A DNA stretch of 64,000 bases, from assembly GCA_964491605.1 (NCBI GenBank), contig CAZBGY010000006.1, positions 3,869 through 67,868 of the forward strand, given 5' to 3'. Source of the DNA: an uncultured Candidatus Bathyarchaeia archaeon. Lineage in GTDB: Archaea > Thermoproteota > CALKCG01 > B24 > DRYS01. The notes under the pieces are model-generated. The model was not told the origin of the DNA and did not search any database. It saw only the letters and a program-made list of their open reading frames with translations. The translations under genes were made by a program, and so were the position numbers. Of the stretch, positions 17,938 through 27,350 are shown piece after piece (positions within the stretch are counted from its first letter, which is position 1; the number at the start of each line of letters is the position of its first letter).

Positions 17938-20229
17938 CTACCATACATCTACCTGACTAAAGAATATGCGTCTAGACTCTAACGTTCTAGATGATCCTAC
18001 TATTTCGAATTCACCAGTTAGCCGTATATCTTCAGAAGAGCTGCCAACCATCACGGTGTATACTCCAGGTTCTACCGTAAGCTTCATGTGACGGTCATAG
18101 AATGCAAGCTGTTCAGCCCAAAGTTTAAATCTGATAGTTTTAACTTCGCTTGGAGCGATTGAAACCCTTTTAAATCCCCTAAGCTCCTTAATAGGTCTCG
18201 CTACGGATGAAACTTCTTTACGTATATATAGCTGAACTACCTCATCACCTGAACGACTACCTACATTCTCTACCTTAAACTTCACTTCTACATGTCCGTT
18301 GGGTTGAATCCTAGATGGTGATATCTCTAAATCTCTATAGTTAAAATTAGTATAGCTTAAGCCATGGCCGAATGGGTAAAGGGGTTTAGCATCCATAGAT
18401 ACATAGCTTCTAAACGATGAGGGTCTTCTAGAATAATGTACAGGTATCTGACCTGTATCCTTCGGTATCGATATCGGAAGTCTACCGGCAGGGTTATAGT
18501 ATCCGAAAAGTATGTCCGCTATAGCATTACCCCCTTCTTCCCCTGGAAACCATGCCTCGATTATAGCTTGGCATTTACCTGCTATGCGGTCAAGTATAAG
18601 CGGTCTACCATTAACTAGGACTAATACCAGAGGTTTACCCGTACGGTATAATACTTCTACAAACTCTTCTTGTACGCCTGGAAGCTTTAGGCTCACCCTA
18701 TCGTTCCCCTCACCTGATAGGCCTGAACCGAAGAGTCCTGAAACTTCGCCTAATACCGCTACCACTATATCCGATTTCTCAGCTAAAGTTACAGCTTCAT
18801 CGAACCCCTCCGTAGATTCACTTGATATATCACATCCCATAGCGTAGCTTATATTGCATGAGGGTGGCGCTCTATTCCTCAACCCCTCAAGTACGCTCAC
18901 TATACGTACAGCATCTATCGGTGCACGTGTATGCACCGTATAGCTGTAATCCCCTAGAAGGCATCGAGTCGAAGCTGCGTTCGGACCTACCACAGCTATA
19001 GATTTGACAGAGCTAGATATCGGTAAAATTCCATCGTTCTTGAGAAGGATTATAGATTCCCTAGCCGATTGGAGAGCTAACATTCGGTTATCCTCTGTAT
19101 CGAATAGAGATGGAGCCTTCTCTACATCCACATATGGATTTTCGAATAGCCCTAGAAGGAATTTCACTCGTAGAATCCTTGAAACGGCTATATCTATCAG
19201 CTTCTCAGATATAAGACCTTCGCGTACCGCTTGCAGTAACGGATCGCCATAGCATAATCTATCTGGGAGCTCTACATCTATCCCAGCTTCCAACGCTTGG
19301 ATAGCAGCATCCTTCTCATCTAAAGCTACCATATGAAATGTTTTAAGCATTCTTATGGCCCCGTAATCAGATACGACGTATCCTTGAAATCCCCATTCAC
19401 CTCTCAGTATATCCGTAAGTAGTTCTCGTGAAGCCGCGCAGGGTATGCCATCTATATCATGATACGCATTCATAAGTGATAATGCTCCAGCTTCTTTGAT
19501 AGCAGCTTCAAACGGAAACATGTAAATCTCGCGAAGCTCTCTAAGAGAGACATGCACCGGAGCACAGTTTCTACCTCCCTCAGGTATTCCGTGAGCTACG
19601 AAATGTTTAGGTGTAGCTACGACTCCATATCTAAGATCGCAACCTTGTAATCCGCGTACATAGGCTACACCTATGCATGCGGTAAGATATGGATCCTCAC
19701 CATAAGTCTCCTCTGTTCTACCCCACCTTGGATCCCTAGCTATATCTAGTACAGGAGCTAAACCCTGATGAGCCCCTACAGCTCTCATCTGCATCCTTAT
19801 AACTTCAGCTACTCTCTGCACAAGCTCTGGATTCCATGTGCTAGCAAGGTTTATGGATTGCGGGAAGCTTGTAGCGTTAACAGCCATAAAACCTGCAAGG
19901 CATTCCTCATGTATTATAGCTGGTATACCGAGTCTAGTCTCTTCTCTAAGAAACCTCTGTATGGCGTTCGCTAACTCAGCAGATTCTCGGGGTGTTAAGC
20001 CTATCCTACTGCCTGAAACCCTAGTTATCTGTCCAGCGCCATGCTTAATCAGCTCTTTAGCCTTCTCTACGGAGAATCTTCTTCCATCGATTAGCTTAGA
20101 GACCTCTATAGAGGATAGCTGAGCAACCTTCTCTTCCAATGTCATCCTGGATAATAGATCCTTAACTCTAACTTCTACTGGTCGGCTCGAATCTAAGTAC
20201 GGAGGTTTAGAAGCGTGTTGAGATGACAT
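17938..20229 (-). CDS. Glycoside hydrolase family 3 beta-glucosidase/beta-xylosidase
   Basis: 763 aa. GH3 N-terminal domain with GFQGYVVSDYGAI, the catalytic Asp region, and a C-terminal fibronectin-like domain. Confidence 0.9.
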   Translation of the reverse strand: MSSQHASKPPYLDSSRPVEVRVKDLLSRMTLEEKVAQLSSIEVSKLIDGRRFSVEKAKELIKHGAGQITRVSGSRIGLTPRESAELANAIQRFLREETRLGIPAIIHEECLAGFMAVNATSFPQSINLASTWNPELVQRVAEVIRMQMRAVGAHQGLAPVLDIARDPRWGRTEETYGEDPYLTACIGVAYVRGLQGCDLRYGVVATPKHFVAHGIPEGGRNCAPVHVSLRELREIYMFPFEAAIKEAGALSLMNAYHDIDGIPCAASRELLTDILRGEWGFQGYVVSDYGAIRMLKTFHMVALDEKDAAIQALEAGIDVELPDRLCYGDPLLQAVREGLISEKLIDIAVSRILRVKFLLGLFENPYVDVEKAPSLFDTEDNRMLALQSARESIILLKNDGILPISSSVKSIAVVGPNAASTRCLLGDYSYTVHTRAPIDAVRIVSVLEGLRNRAPPSCNISYAMGCDISSESTEGFDEAVTLAEKSDIVVAVLGEVSGLFGSGLSGEGNDRVSLKLPGVQEEFVEVLYRTGKPLVLVLVNGRPLILDRIAGKCQAIIEAWFPGEEGGNAIADILFGYYNPAGRLPISIPKDTGQIPVHYSRRPSSFRSYVSMDAKPLYPFGHGLSYTNFNYRDLEISPSRIQPNGHVEVKFKVENVGSRSGDEVVQLYIRKEVSSVARPIKELRGFKRVSIAPSEVKTIRFKLWAEQLAFYDRHMKLTVEPGVYTVMVGSSSEDIRLTGEFEIVGSSRTLESRRIFFSQVDVW

Positions 20230-20295
20230 ATATAAGTATGACTTGTGGTATACTATATAAAATTTCGTCGCTAGTTAAGAATGATGACTTAGAGG

Positions 20296-20637
20296 TTGAA
20301 GGAGATGAACTGTATAGAAGAATCCGTTGAAGCCCATGGTCGGAAGTATACGTTAGTCTATCTTAAACTCGAGAATTCTATTATACTCGTATTCAGTGAA
20401 GGAGATCCTAAGCTTGGAACCATAGCTGTGGCTACTAGTAGAGAGTTATCCTCGGTAATCCTCGGAGGTAAAAGTATCATGCTCGCTAAATCCATGGCAT
20501 CCTATGCAGCTTATAGATTCGAGACACCGATACTTCTCTCTACGAATATATCTGGGGAGATTGATGAGATGCAGGTTTTCGATGCATTCCTGAAGCTTCT
20601 CGATAAGATTAGTATGAGACAAGCTCAGAAAGTGTAG
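20296..20637 (+). CDS. Hypothetical protein (113 aa)
   Basis: ORF with a plausible SD (gaggttgaaggag) and a TTG/ATG start. No family recognised. Confidence 0.3.
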   Translation: MKEMNCIEESVEAHGRKYTLVYLKLENSIILVFSEGDPKLGTIAVATSRELSSVILGGKSIMLAKSMASYAAYRFETPILLSTNISGEIDEMQVFDAFLKLLDKISMRQAQKV

Positions 20638-21880
20638 GACTTCCCAGAATTTTCTTCGACGCTTCGAATACTTTATCCCTAGCTTCTTTATACGTGTATA
20701 CTCTAACTATATTCATGAAGGATTTAAATACTGAAACTAGCTGTGAAGCCTCAGCTAGCCTATACCTGCTTATAGTTCCATCTAACCCCACTCTAAACAC
20801 CGGAATTTGATACGCCTCAACATCCATCATATGAGCATACGGTACCGATGGAAGAGAAGGAGCATCGACAAATACCATAGATTGCTCCACACCTGCTGTA
20901 GACGCTATTTCAGATTCAATCCTCCTCCTAACCGATTCGTTAGCTAAAAGGGAGACGAGAAGCCTATCTTCTATAAAGTAGAGGCGTTCATAAGCGCACT
21001 TTAAGAGCCTACGAGATGCTATATCCCTAATAAGCTTTGAAGCTTCTTCATGCTCAAGTAGAAGAGACCACATCGTATAATCATCTAAAGCTATATATTC
21101 ACCTATGTTTCTAAAGAACGGAGTCTTCATATCTTCTGCGGCTATCTCTATAGCTTTACCCAGCATTATCTGGACTGCTCTAGATACCTTATGATAATAT
21201 ATCGTTCTGAAAGATTGGATGCGAGCTAGTAAAAACGATTCTAGTGTAGGTAGAGCGGTATAGTCTACGGCGAGCTCCCCGTCGATAACCCCGAACGTAT
21301 ATATCAACCTATAGATATCTATCGATCCGTATCCAGCACCTGTATGATAGGAATCTCTTACGAGAAAATCCAGTTTATCGACGTCTACTGTTCCATGGAT
21401 AACTTGATTCATGTATGCAGGAGCCTTACTGCATCTACCTACTGCGAGCATTCCTATTTCCTCTGGATTAAATCCGTAATCCTTTATGATATCAGCTACC
21501 GATGTATTCTTAACAACCTCTATAGTCATATCCTCATGCGTTTTACCTAAGAATCTGTAGAGTAGAGGTTCGAACACATGAGAGAATGGACCGTGACCTA
21601 GATCGTGTAGTAGACCTGCTAACCTAAGCTTAGCTATATCATCCTCTGAGAGTTGTACAGGTAGGTTTTGAGCCGCTAAACCTGCGAGATGCATCACACC
21701 TAGCGAATGTTCGAACCTGGTGTGATTAGCGGCAGGGTATACATACTCTGCTCCGCATAGCTGTTTAATACGTCTAAGTCTCTGAACAGCCTCCTGGTCT
21801 ATGATATCTCTCTCAAATTCTGTAACCTTTATGTATCCGTAGATAGGATCTTTTATGAACCCCCAATACCGATTGTACAA
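20609..21880 (-). CDS. HD-domain phosphohydrolase, dNTP triphosphohydrolase (dGTPase/SAMHD1-like) family
   Basis: HD motif region: NHTRFEHSLGVMHLA...LAGLLHDLGHGPFSH. 423 aa. Confidence 0.8.
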   Translation of the reverse strand: MYNRYWGFIKDPIYGYIKVTEFERDIIDQEAVQRLRRIKQLCGAEYVYPAANHTRFEHSLGVMHLAGLAAQNLPVQLSEDDIAKLRLAGLLHDLGHGPFSHVFEPLLYRFLGKTHEDMTIEVVKNTSVADIIKDYGFNPEEIGMLAVGRCSKAPAYMNQVIHGTVDVDKLDFLVRDSYHTGAGYGSIDIYRLIYTFGVIDGELAVDYTALPTLESFLLARIQSFRTIYYHKVSRAVQIMLGKAIEIAAEDMKTPFFRNIGEYIALDDYTMWSLLLEHEEASKLIRDIASRRLLKCAYERLYFIEDRLLVSLLANESVRRRIESEIASTAGVEQSMVFVDAPSLPSVPYAHMMDVEAYQIPVFRVGLDGTISRYRLAEASQLVSVFKSFMNIVRVYTYKEARDKVFEASKKILGSPTLSELVSY

Positions 21881-22143
21881 GGTTTAAGCACCCAGCTTCT
21901 CTTCTTAACCGATATATTCATCTGGATATATGTCTTATAAATGGGTTAAGGTGTAGGTATGTGAACGTGGATGCTACTAGAATTAATGAAGTACTGTTTG
22001 GATTAGAGCAGATAGTATCGAGATACGATGTATCTACGATAGAAATTATGAGTGAACTTAGACAGATTTGCAGAGGGTTGCATCCAATTCTATGTAGATG
22101 TATATACGCATCTGTTAGAGAACTGCTTGCACCGAAACCGAGA

Positions 22144-22803
22144 ATGTATGAAGGCTTATTCATAACAGTATCCGGGATAGATAAAGCTGGCAAAGAGACT
22201 CAATGTTTTAATCCAGATAAGCTAGAAGGCGTGGTATCAATACAGAGTTTATTGAAAGCTTATGGTTATCGCGTATATGCTATAAGCCTGCCGAGTTACG
22301 ATAGTCTCCTAGGGTCGCTTGTAGGGGCATACCTAGGTAGAAGCGATATTAGGTATAAGATAACGATAACGGGGAAGATCGACGATGATCTCGCTTGGAT
22401 CCTGTGGAGTTTAGATAGAGGTCAGTATGCAGGGAAGATTTCAAACTGGCTTAAAGATAGGAAGGTAGCTATCCTAACTAAAAGATGGACTGAAAGTAAT
22501 CTAGCTTATCAGGCTGCGAAAGGTGTAGATCCATCTAGAATATTACGATTCGAAAGAAATATTCCTCAACCGAGTTTAACTCTAATTATAGATATACCAG
22601 TCGAAGAAGTGCTGCGTAGAGCTAGTAAGCCTGATCTATACGAACAGAGTAGAGAGTATCTCGAAGAGGTTCGTAGGATGTATTTTAAGCTTGTTGAAAG
22701 CGGTTTGATAGGGGCCGCCGTGATTGTTAACGGTTTAGGTAGACCGGAAGATGTTAATCGAAGGTTAAGAGCGATAATTAGTCATGTAATAGGCAGAAAG
22801 TAG
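22144..22803 (+). CDS. Thymidylate kinase-like nucleotide kinase with a degenerate Walker A (the ORF stays open upstream to 21961)
   Basis: MYEGLFITVSGIDKAGKETQ is a P-loop with GKET in place of GKST. SLDRGQY matches the Tmk DR motif. KRWTESNLAYQAA aligns with DRYxxSSxAYQGA. PSLTLIIDIPVEEVLRR aligns with PDLTxxLDVxPExAxxR. Confidence 0.65.
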   Translation: MYEGLFITVSGIDKAGKETQCFNPDKLEGVVSIQSLLKAYGYRVYAISLPSYDSLLGSLVGAYLGRSDIRYKITITGKIDDDLAWILWSLDRGQYAGKISNWLKDRKVAILTKRWTESNLAYQAAKGVDPSRILRFERNIPQPSLTLIIDIPVEEVLRRASKPDLYEQSREYLEEVRRMYFKLVESGLIGAAVIVNGLGRPEDVNRRLRAIISHVIGRK

Positions 22804-22853
22804 CTCCTAGAAAATCCTTATATCCTTCTCCAATCCTTTCTATGGAGAGAGGT

Positions 22854-23132
22854 ATGCAGGTACCTGCGTCTATCAATACCTACTGTCCGAGGTGCAAGAA
22901 AAAGACAGAGCATAAAGTATCGATATATAGGCGTGGAAGAGAGAGTGCTCTTAGGAAAGGTGCTAGGCATCATGAATGGCAGTTGCACGGATATGGGGGA
23001 CAGAAATTCCCGGAGCAAAGAAAGCATGCTAAAACCACCAAGAAACAAGTAATATTACTAAGCTGTGTTAATTGCGGTTATACGCTTCACCGTTTAGGGG
23101 TGAGGCTTAGTAAAATCGAGATTAAACATTAA
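22854..23132 (+). CDS. rpl44e: Ribosomal protein L44e (eL42)
   Basis: MQVPASINTYCPRCKKKTEHKV...CVNCGY is the Zn-ribbon L44e. The ORF track starts 4 codons earlier. Confidence 0.9.
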   Translation: MQVPASINTYCPRCKKKTEHKVSIYRRGRESALRKGARHHEWQLHGYGGQKFPEQRKHAKTTKKQVILLSCVNCGYTLHRLGVRLSKIEIKH

Positions 23133-23187
23133 CGGGAAGAGAATATAAAAATTAATTAAGGTTCTATGAATACTCTATTCTCTAGCT

Positions 23188-23440
23188 ATGCCTAAAGCAT
23201 TCGTCCTCATAAATGCTGAGATAGGATTCGAAGATGAGGTTCTAAAATCTTTGAAGAAAATCGAGAATGTGAAGGAGGCGTATATGGTGTATGGAATCTA
23301 CGATATAATAGTCAGGGTAGAGAGGGGCTGCTAACCCCCTACAAGCCGATAGTATGGAAAAACTTAAGGAGATAGTTACGTGGAAGATAAGAAGATTGGA
23401 GCATGTTCAAAGCACTCTAACTATGATAGTTATAGAGTAG
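23188..23440 (+). pseudogene. Lrp/AsnC-type stand-alone RAM-domain protein, frameshifted at a GGGG run
   Basis: Frame A gives MPKAFVLINAEIGFEDEVLKSLKKIENVKEAYMVYGIYDIIVRVERGC and stops at 23332-23334. The +1 frame continues as ...AANPLQADSMEKLKEIVTWKIRRLEHVQSTLTMIVIE, stopping at 23438-23440. Together they form a complete RAM domain of about 80 aa. The break is at GGGG, 23324-23327. Confidence 0.55.
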
Positions 23441-23441
23441 A

Positions 23442-24077
23442 CTATAGTCTCCAAACACTGGGAACCTTGATTTTAAATGCTGAAAGGATAAGTCTCAGAA
23501 GTGTAGAGGATAGGATGGGTATGCTAGATTCATCTATGAATGATGCTAGTAAACCTATAGTATCCATTCTTTTAATTCTAGCTAAACCGACTATCAATCC
23601 TGTAAGCCCTTCAACCCTACTCTCAAGCATAGCCTTAACGTGATATTCTCTCAGCTTTTCTAGAAGACTTTTTCTAGAAGCGAATGCTACTATCCCTTCA
23701 CTACTGGATTTAATCCCCTCTAACGCTACTATAAGGTTACATCCAAATCTACGAGCGTAATCCAGTATGAAACCTGCTACTTCATAATAGTGTTCGGGAT
23801 TGATGGAGCTAGGTTGGCTTCTAGCTTCAACTAGCATTACCCGTGGATCCGAATCTAAAGTGTAATACCACTCAAAAACGTTGAGCTTAGCTAATCCCAG
23901 CTCGTCTATATCGATGTAATCAGGATTATACGGGATGTACATGTCCGCAAATAGTATCCCTCCAGCTATAGATCTCATCTTCTTAAGAGTTGAGGATCCG
24001 AGTTCACCGATTCCTATGAATAATATAGGGGGTTTAGCTTCTATATCGCGGAGGGTCTTTAAGCTTAGCCTAAGCAT
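23442..24077 (-). CDS. Hypothetical protein (211 aa), possibly PAC2-like
   Basis: The N-terminal PPILFIGIGELGSS loosely resembles the PAC2-family GxPGxGxVG segment. Not secure. Confidence 0.3.
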   Translation of the reverse strand: MLRLSLKTLRDIEAKPPILFIGIGELGSSTLKKMRSIAGGILFADMYIPYNPDYIDIDELGLAKLNVFEWYYTLDSDPRVMLVEARSQPSSINPEHYYEVAGFILDYARRFGCNLIVALEGIKSSSEGIVAFASRKSLLEKLREYHVKAMLESRVEGLTGLIVGLARIKRMDTIGLLASFIDESSIPILSSTLLRLILSAFKIKVPSVWRL

Positions 24078-24216
24078 GACTCGGTAGTTTACGAGTAGTA
24101 TCTAAATAATAAACTTAGCTTAAATCCAAGAAGAGGTTAAACAGATAACATTAAGCTAGGCATTCTACTGATGGTGAAGGATAGGTTATGATAAAAAATA
24201 GGGTGATTACCGAAAA

Positions 24217-26109
24217 TTAGCTTGGAAGCAGTTTTTCTTCGGCTAATCTTTCAGCAATCCATGTAAGATCTAACCTTTTAAGTGTCTCGTAAGTTGGTCT
24301 CCCCTCTATCCAGCCTCGTAGCTCATAATACTCTCTAAGCATCTCATCTAATCTGACTACATAGCCTTTAGCAGGCCCCTCAGGCATAGGTTCTTCTAAT
24401 AATCTTCTGGGTAGCGTATCGTATTGTCTTCCATCACCAAAGGAAAGTATGTTAAAGCATCGTTCAGCATTCCATATTCTTTCACCAACCTCTCTAACCG
24501 ATTCAGCAGTATAACTCCAGCCTGTTACAGCCGATAGGAGTGAAGCGAAATCTTCATCCCATAAAGCGAATGTATCAAACTTACAGACTATAAGGCTATC
24601 TACAGCTGCGAATACGTCCTGGAACTCTTTAACAAGTAAACCTTTACCTTTAGTATCGAATCTATCTACAAGTCTCGGTACACCTAAGATTTCAGGTGAT
24701 ATTATGTATGCTCTGAGGTGGCATCCACCCCTATTGCTAGTAGCGTATGCTAAACCGTGACCCTGAGCGCCTCTAGGATCGTATGCTGGTAGCTCTTGTC
24801 CTCGAACAGTCATCGCAAGTTCTGGCATACCATATTTCTCCGCAAGTCTAGCAGATCCCTCAGCTAAATCATCTCCTATACCCGAACGATAAGCGGTTCT
24901 CCAGGTGAGCTCTATGAGAGCCTCACCGCTACCCCAAGAAACCTTTAAACCTCTAAGTTTCTCGGTGGGCACCTTTCCCTTCTCTAAAAGCTCCATGAAC
25001 GTACCTATAACATGCCCCATACTGATACCATCTAATCCAAGCTCGTTGCAGAGGTAATGTGCTTTCGATATAGCGGCAAGATCGTCGGTTCCAGTTTGAG
25101 CTCCGAGAGCCCATACAGTCTCGTATTCTGGTCCTCCCCCTTCACCTGTGAACGGTGGTTCAGCTATCCTGGTGTATCTAGCGCATCCTATGGGGCAACC
25201 CCAGCATATCTCCTCTTTCTGCATATCCCAATCCATGATCTTCTCTGCTATAACCTCTCCACTCGTCTTACTAGCCGTCGGAAATACACCTGTCTGGAAG
25301 TTTCTAGTTGGGTATATTCCATGAGCATTTATGATGTTAACAAGGACAGCTGTTCCAAATTTAGGTAGGGCTTCAGAAGTTACAGCCGACTTCTTTATCT
25401 TATCCATAACTTCTATAACAGCTTCTCTGAATCGCTCTTCGTTAGCTATAGGTAGTCTACCATGACCCCTAACAGCTATAGCTTTAAACCTCTTGGAACC
25501 CCATACAGCTCCATGTCCACCTCTACCGGCAGCTCTAGATTTATCGTTTATTATACATGCAAACCTTACTAAATTTTCTCCTGCAGGACCTATACACGCT
25601 ACTTTAATGTTTCTAGCTTCATCCCAACCTATCTCCTCTGCCAGTTCCTCCTTTATCATATCCGTTGTTTGATGGGTATCCTTACCCCATAGATGCGATG
25701 CATCTCTAAGCTCAGCTTTATCATCATACACCCACAAGTATACTGGTGAGTCGGCTTCACCCTCTAATATAACCGCATCAAACCCGGCGAACTTCAACTC
25801 AGGTCCAAACTTGCCTCCGCTATGAGAATCGTGTATGGTATGTGTTAGAGGAGATTTAGTGACTGAACACCATCTGCCAGATGCAGGTACACCTGCAACA
25901 CCGGTTAAGGGGCCTGTCATAATCATAGATTTATTCGCAGGGCTTAAAGGATCAACTCTCGGATCAACTTCTTTAAGCATAAGGTATACGCCTAACCCCC
26001 TTCCCCCGATCCATTTCCTTAACACGTCTTCTGGTAGGGACTCATATCGAATACTGCAATCCCATAGGTTAACCCTTAAAATTCTACCAGTATATCCCCC
26101 GGGAGGCAT
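24217..26109 (-). CDS. aor: Tungsten-containing aldehyde:ferredoxin oxidoreductase (AOR family)
   Basis: MPPGGYTGRILRVNL...LPEDVLRKWIGGRGLGVYL is the AOR N-domain. 630 aa. Cys ligands in the central domain. Confidence 0.92.
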   Translation of the reverse strand: MPPGGYTGRILRVNLWDCSIRYESLPEDVLRKWIGGRGLGVYLMLKEVDPRVDPLSPANKSMIMTGPLTGVAGVPASGRWCSVTKSPLTHTIHDSHSGGKFGPELKFAGFDAVILEGEADSPVYLWVYDDKAELRDASHLWGKDTHQTTDMIKEELAEEIGWDEARNIKVACIGPAGENLVRFACIINDKSRAAGRGGHGAVWGSKRFKAIAVRGHGRLPIANEERFREAVIEVMDKIKKSAVTSEALPKFGTAVLVNIINAHGIYPTRNFQTGVFPTASKTSGEVIAEKIMDWDMQKEEICWGCPIGCARYTRIAEPPFTGEGGGPEYETVWALGAQTGTDDLAAISKAHYLCNELGLDGISMGHVIGTFMELLEKGKVPTEKLRGLKVSWGSGEALIELTWRTAYRSGIGDDLAEGSARLAEKYGMPELAMTVRGQELPAYDPRGAQGHGLAYATSNRGGCHLRAYIISPEILGVPRLVDRFDTKGKGLLVKEFQDVFAAVDSLIVCKFDTFALWDEDFASLLSAVTGWSYTAESVREVGERIWNAERCFNILSFGDGRQYDTLPRRLLEEPMPEGPAKGYVVRLDEMLREYYELRGWIEGRPTYETLKRLDLTWIAERLAEEKLLPS

Positions 26110-26123
26110 ATCCTGCAGTCTCC

Positions 26124-26159
26124 GTATAGATGCTATACATAGTTTTATATAAATAAAAC
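26124..26159. promoter_or_regulatory. Bidirectional aor / cmo-like promoter region
   Basis: Inverted repeat GTATAG-atg-CTATAC at 26124-26138. A TATA element flanked by the inverted repeat GTTTTA-tataaa-TAAAAC at 26142-26159. aor starts at 26109 on the minus strand. The cmo-like gene starts at 26187 on the plus strand. Confidence 0.45.
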
Positions 26160-26186
26160 TTACTATACTATCAGAACTTAGCGGGT

Positions 26187-27284
26187 ATGGTTAAAATATT
26201 GCTTGATGAATGGATAGTAAAGCTCGATGAAAGAACGTATCCCAGATCTATGATGATTGAAGTTACGACGCGATGTAATTTCTCGTGTATACATTGTTTC
26301 AGATTTAGTTTGCATGGTAGGCTGCAGCTAGGTGATATGAGTAAAGCTACGTATAGGAGGATTGTATGTGAAGCTTCTAAGATGGGTGTAAGAAAGCTTA
26401 TCATATCTGGTTGGGGTGAACCTATGGTTCACCCAGATATTCTATGGATGTTAGAAGAGGCTAAATCCAACGGGTTAGAAGTTAACCTGAATACTAACGG
26501 CTACTTGATAGGCGATTATGTAGATGATTTATGGAAGTTAGGTCTCGACGAGCTTACGGTAAGTATAGATTCTCCTGACCCGTTATTGTATAAGGAAATC
26601 AGGTCTGGAGGATATCTTAGACCTATATCTGAAAGTTTAAGGAGGATTAAACAGCTTAAGTTAGAGAACCTATCAGCTAAACCTAGAGTAAACGTATATT
26701 TCACTCTCTCCTCTCTAAATAGTCATCTAGTAGAATCTATGTTAGAATATGCTAGTCATATCGGAGCATGCAACCTTGTGATAAGCAACTATATAGCCAT
26801 AAATAGGGAGAGTGAAATATTCAGTTTGATAGGTAGATTAGAGGATAAAGAGTTATTCGCTAGATTAGGCTGCCTAGCCTTCAACGTAAACGTTAACGTA
26901 ATAAAACCGTATATGGATGCATCTGCGTATACTAGATGTCCCTTCATAGAGAGTAGAGCTCTGTACATCAGATGGGATGGAAGAATAACTCCGTGTATAA
27001 ATTATGCTCATCCATGGACGCCTACGGTGAAAGGTGTTAAACGGCGGATAGAACCAGTAATTTTCGGTAATCTACTGTCAGATAGCTTAAGATCTGTATG
27101 GCTGGATGAAAGGTATGTTAAGTTCAGGTTTAAAGTTAAAACCTGGAGGTTTCCATCATGCTTGGATTGTGATCTTAGAAATTACTGTAGTTATACTTTA
27201 ACGAATGAATCTGATTGCTGGGGTAATACGCCTACATGTAGTCACTGTCCTTATGCTAGGAGGATAGCCTACTGCCCTATGTAG
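26187..27284 (+). CDS. Radical SAM/SPASM-domain protein, Cmo-like (AOR cofactor-modifying protein family)
   Basis: CNFSCIHCF is the CxxxCxxC radical SAM cluster. C-terminal Cys-rich SPASM-like region (CSHCPYARRIAYC). Divergent from aor, as in the Pyrococcus aor-cmo pair. Confidence 0.72.
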   Translation: MVKILLDEWIVKLDERTYPRSMMIEVTTRCNFSCIHCFRFSLHGRLQLGDMSKATYRRIVCEASKMGVRKLIISGWGEPMVHPDILWMLEEAKSNGLEVNLNTNGYLIGDYVDDLWKLGLDELTVSIDSPDPLLYKEIRSGGYLRPISESLRRIKQLKLENLSAKPRVNVYFTLSSLNSHLVESMLEYASHIGACNLVISNYIAINRESEIFSLIGRLEDKELFARLGCLAFNVNVNVIKPYMDASAYTRCPFIESRALYIRWDGRITPCINYAHPWTPTVKGVKRRIEPVIFGNLLSDSLRSVWLDERYVKFRFKVKTWRFPSCLDCDLRNYCSYTLTNESDCWGNTPTCSHCPYARRIAYCPM

Positions 27285-27350
27285 GTACTCTAAGTTTAAC
27301 TAACGAAGAAGATAGTATACTATTATCCCTTCGGGAGCGTGATGTAGGCT

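Noticed and set aside
23380-23643. 87-aa plus-strand ORF overlapping the RAM-domain gene end and the start of the 23442-24077 gene
   Set aside because: Out of frame with the recognisable RAM-domain C-terminus and overlaps a convergent gene. The RAM-domain reading gives a conserved product, so this ORF is spurious.
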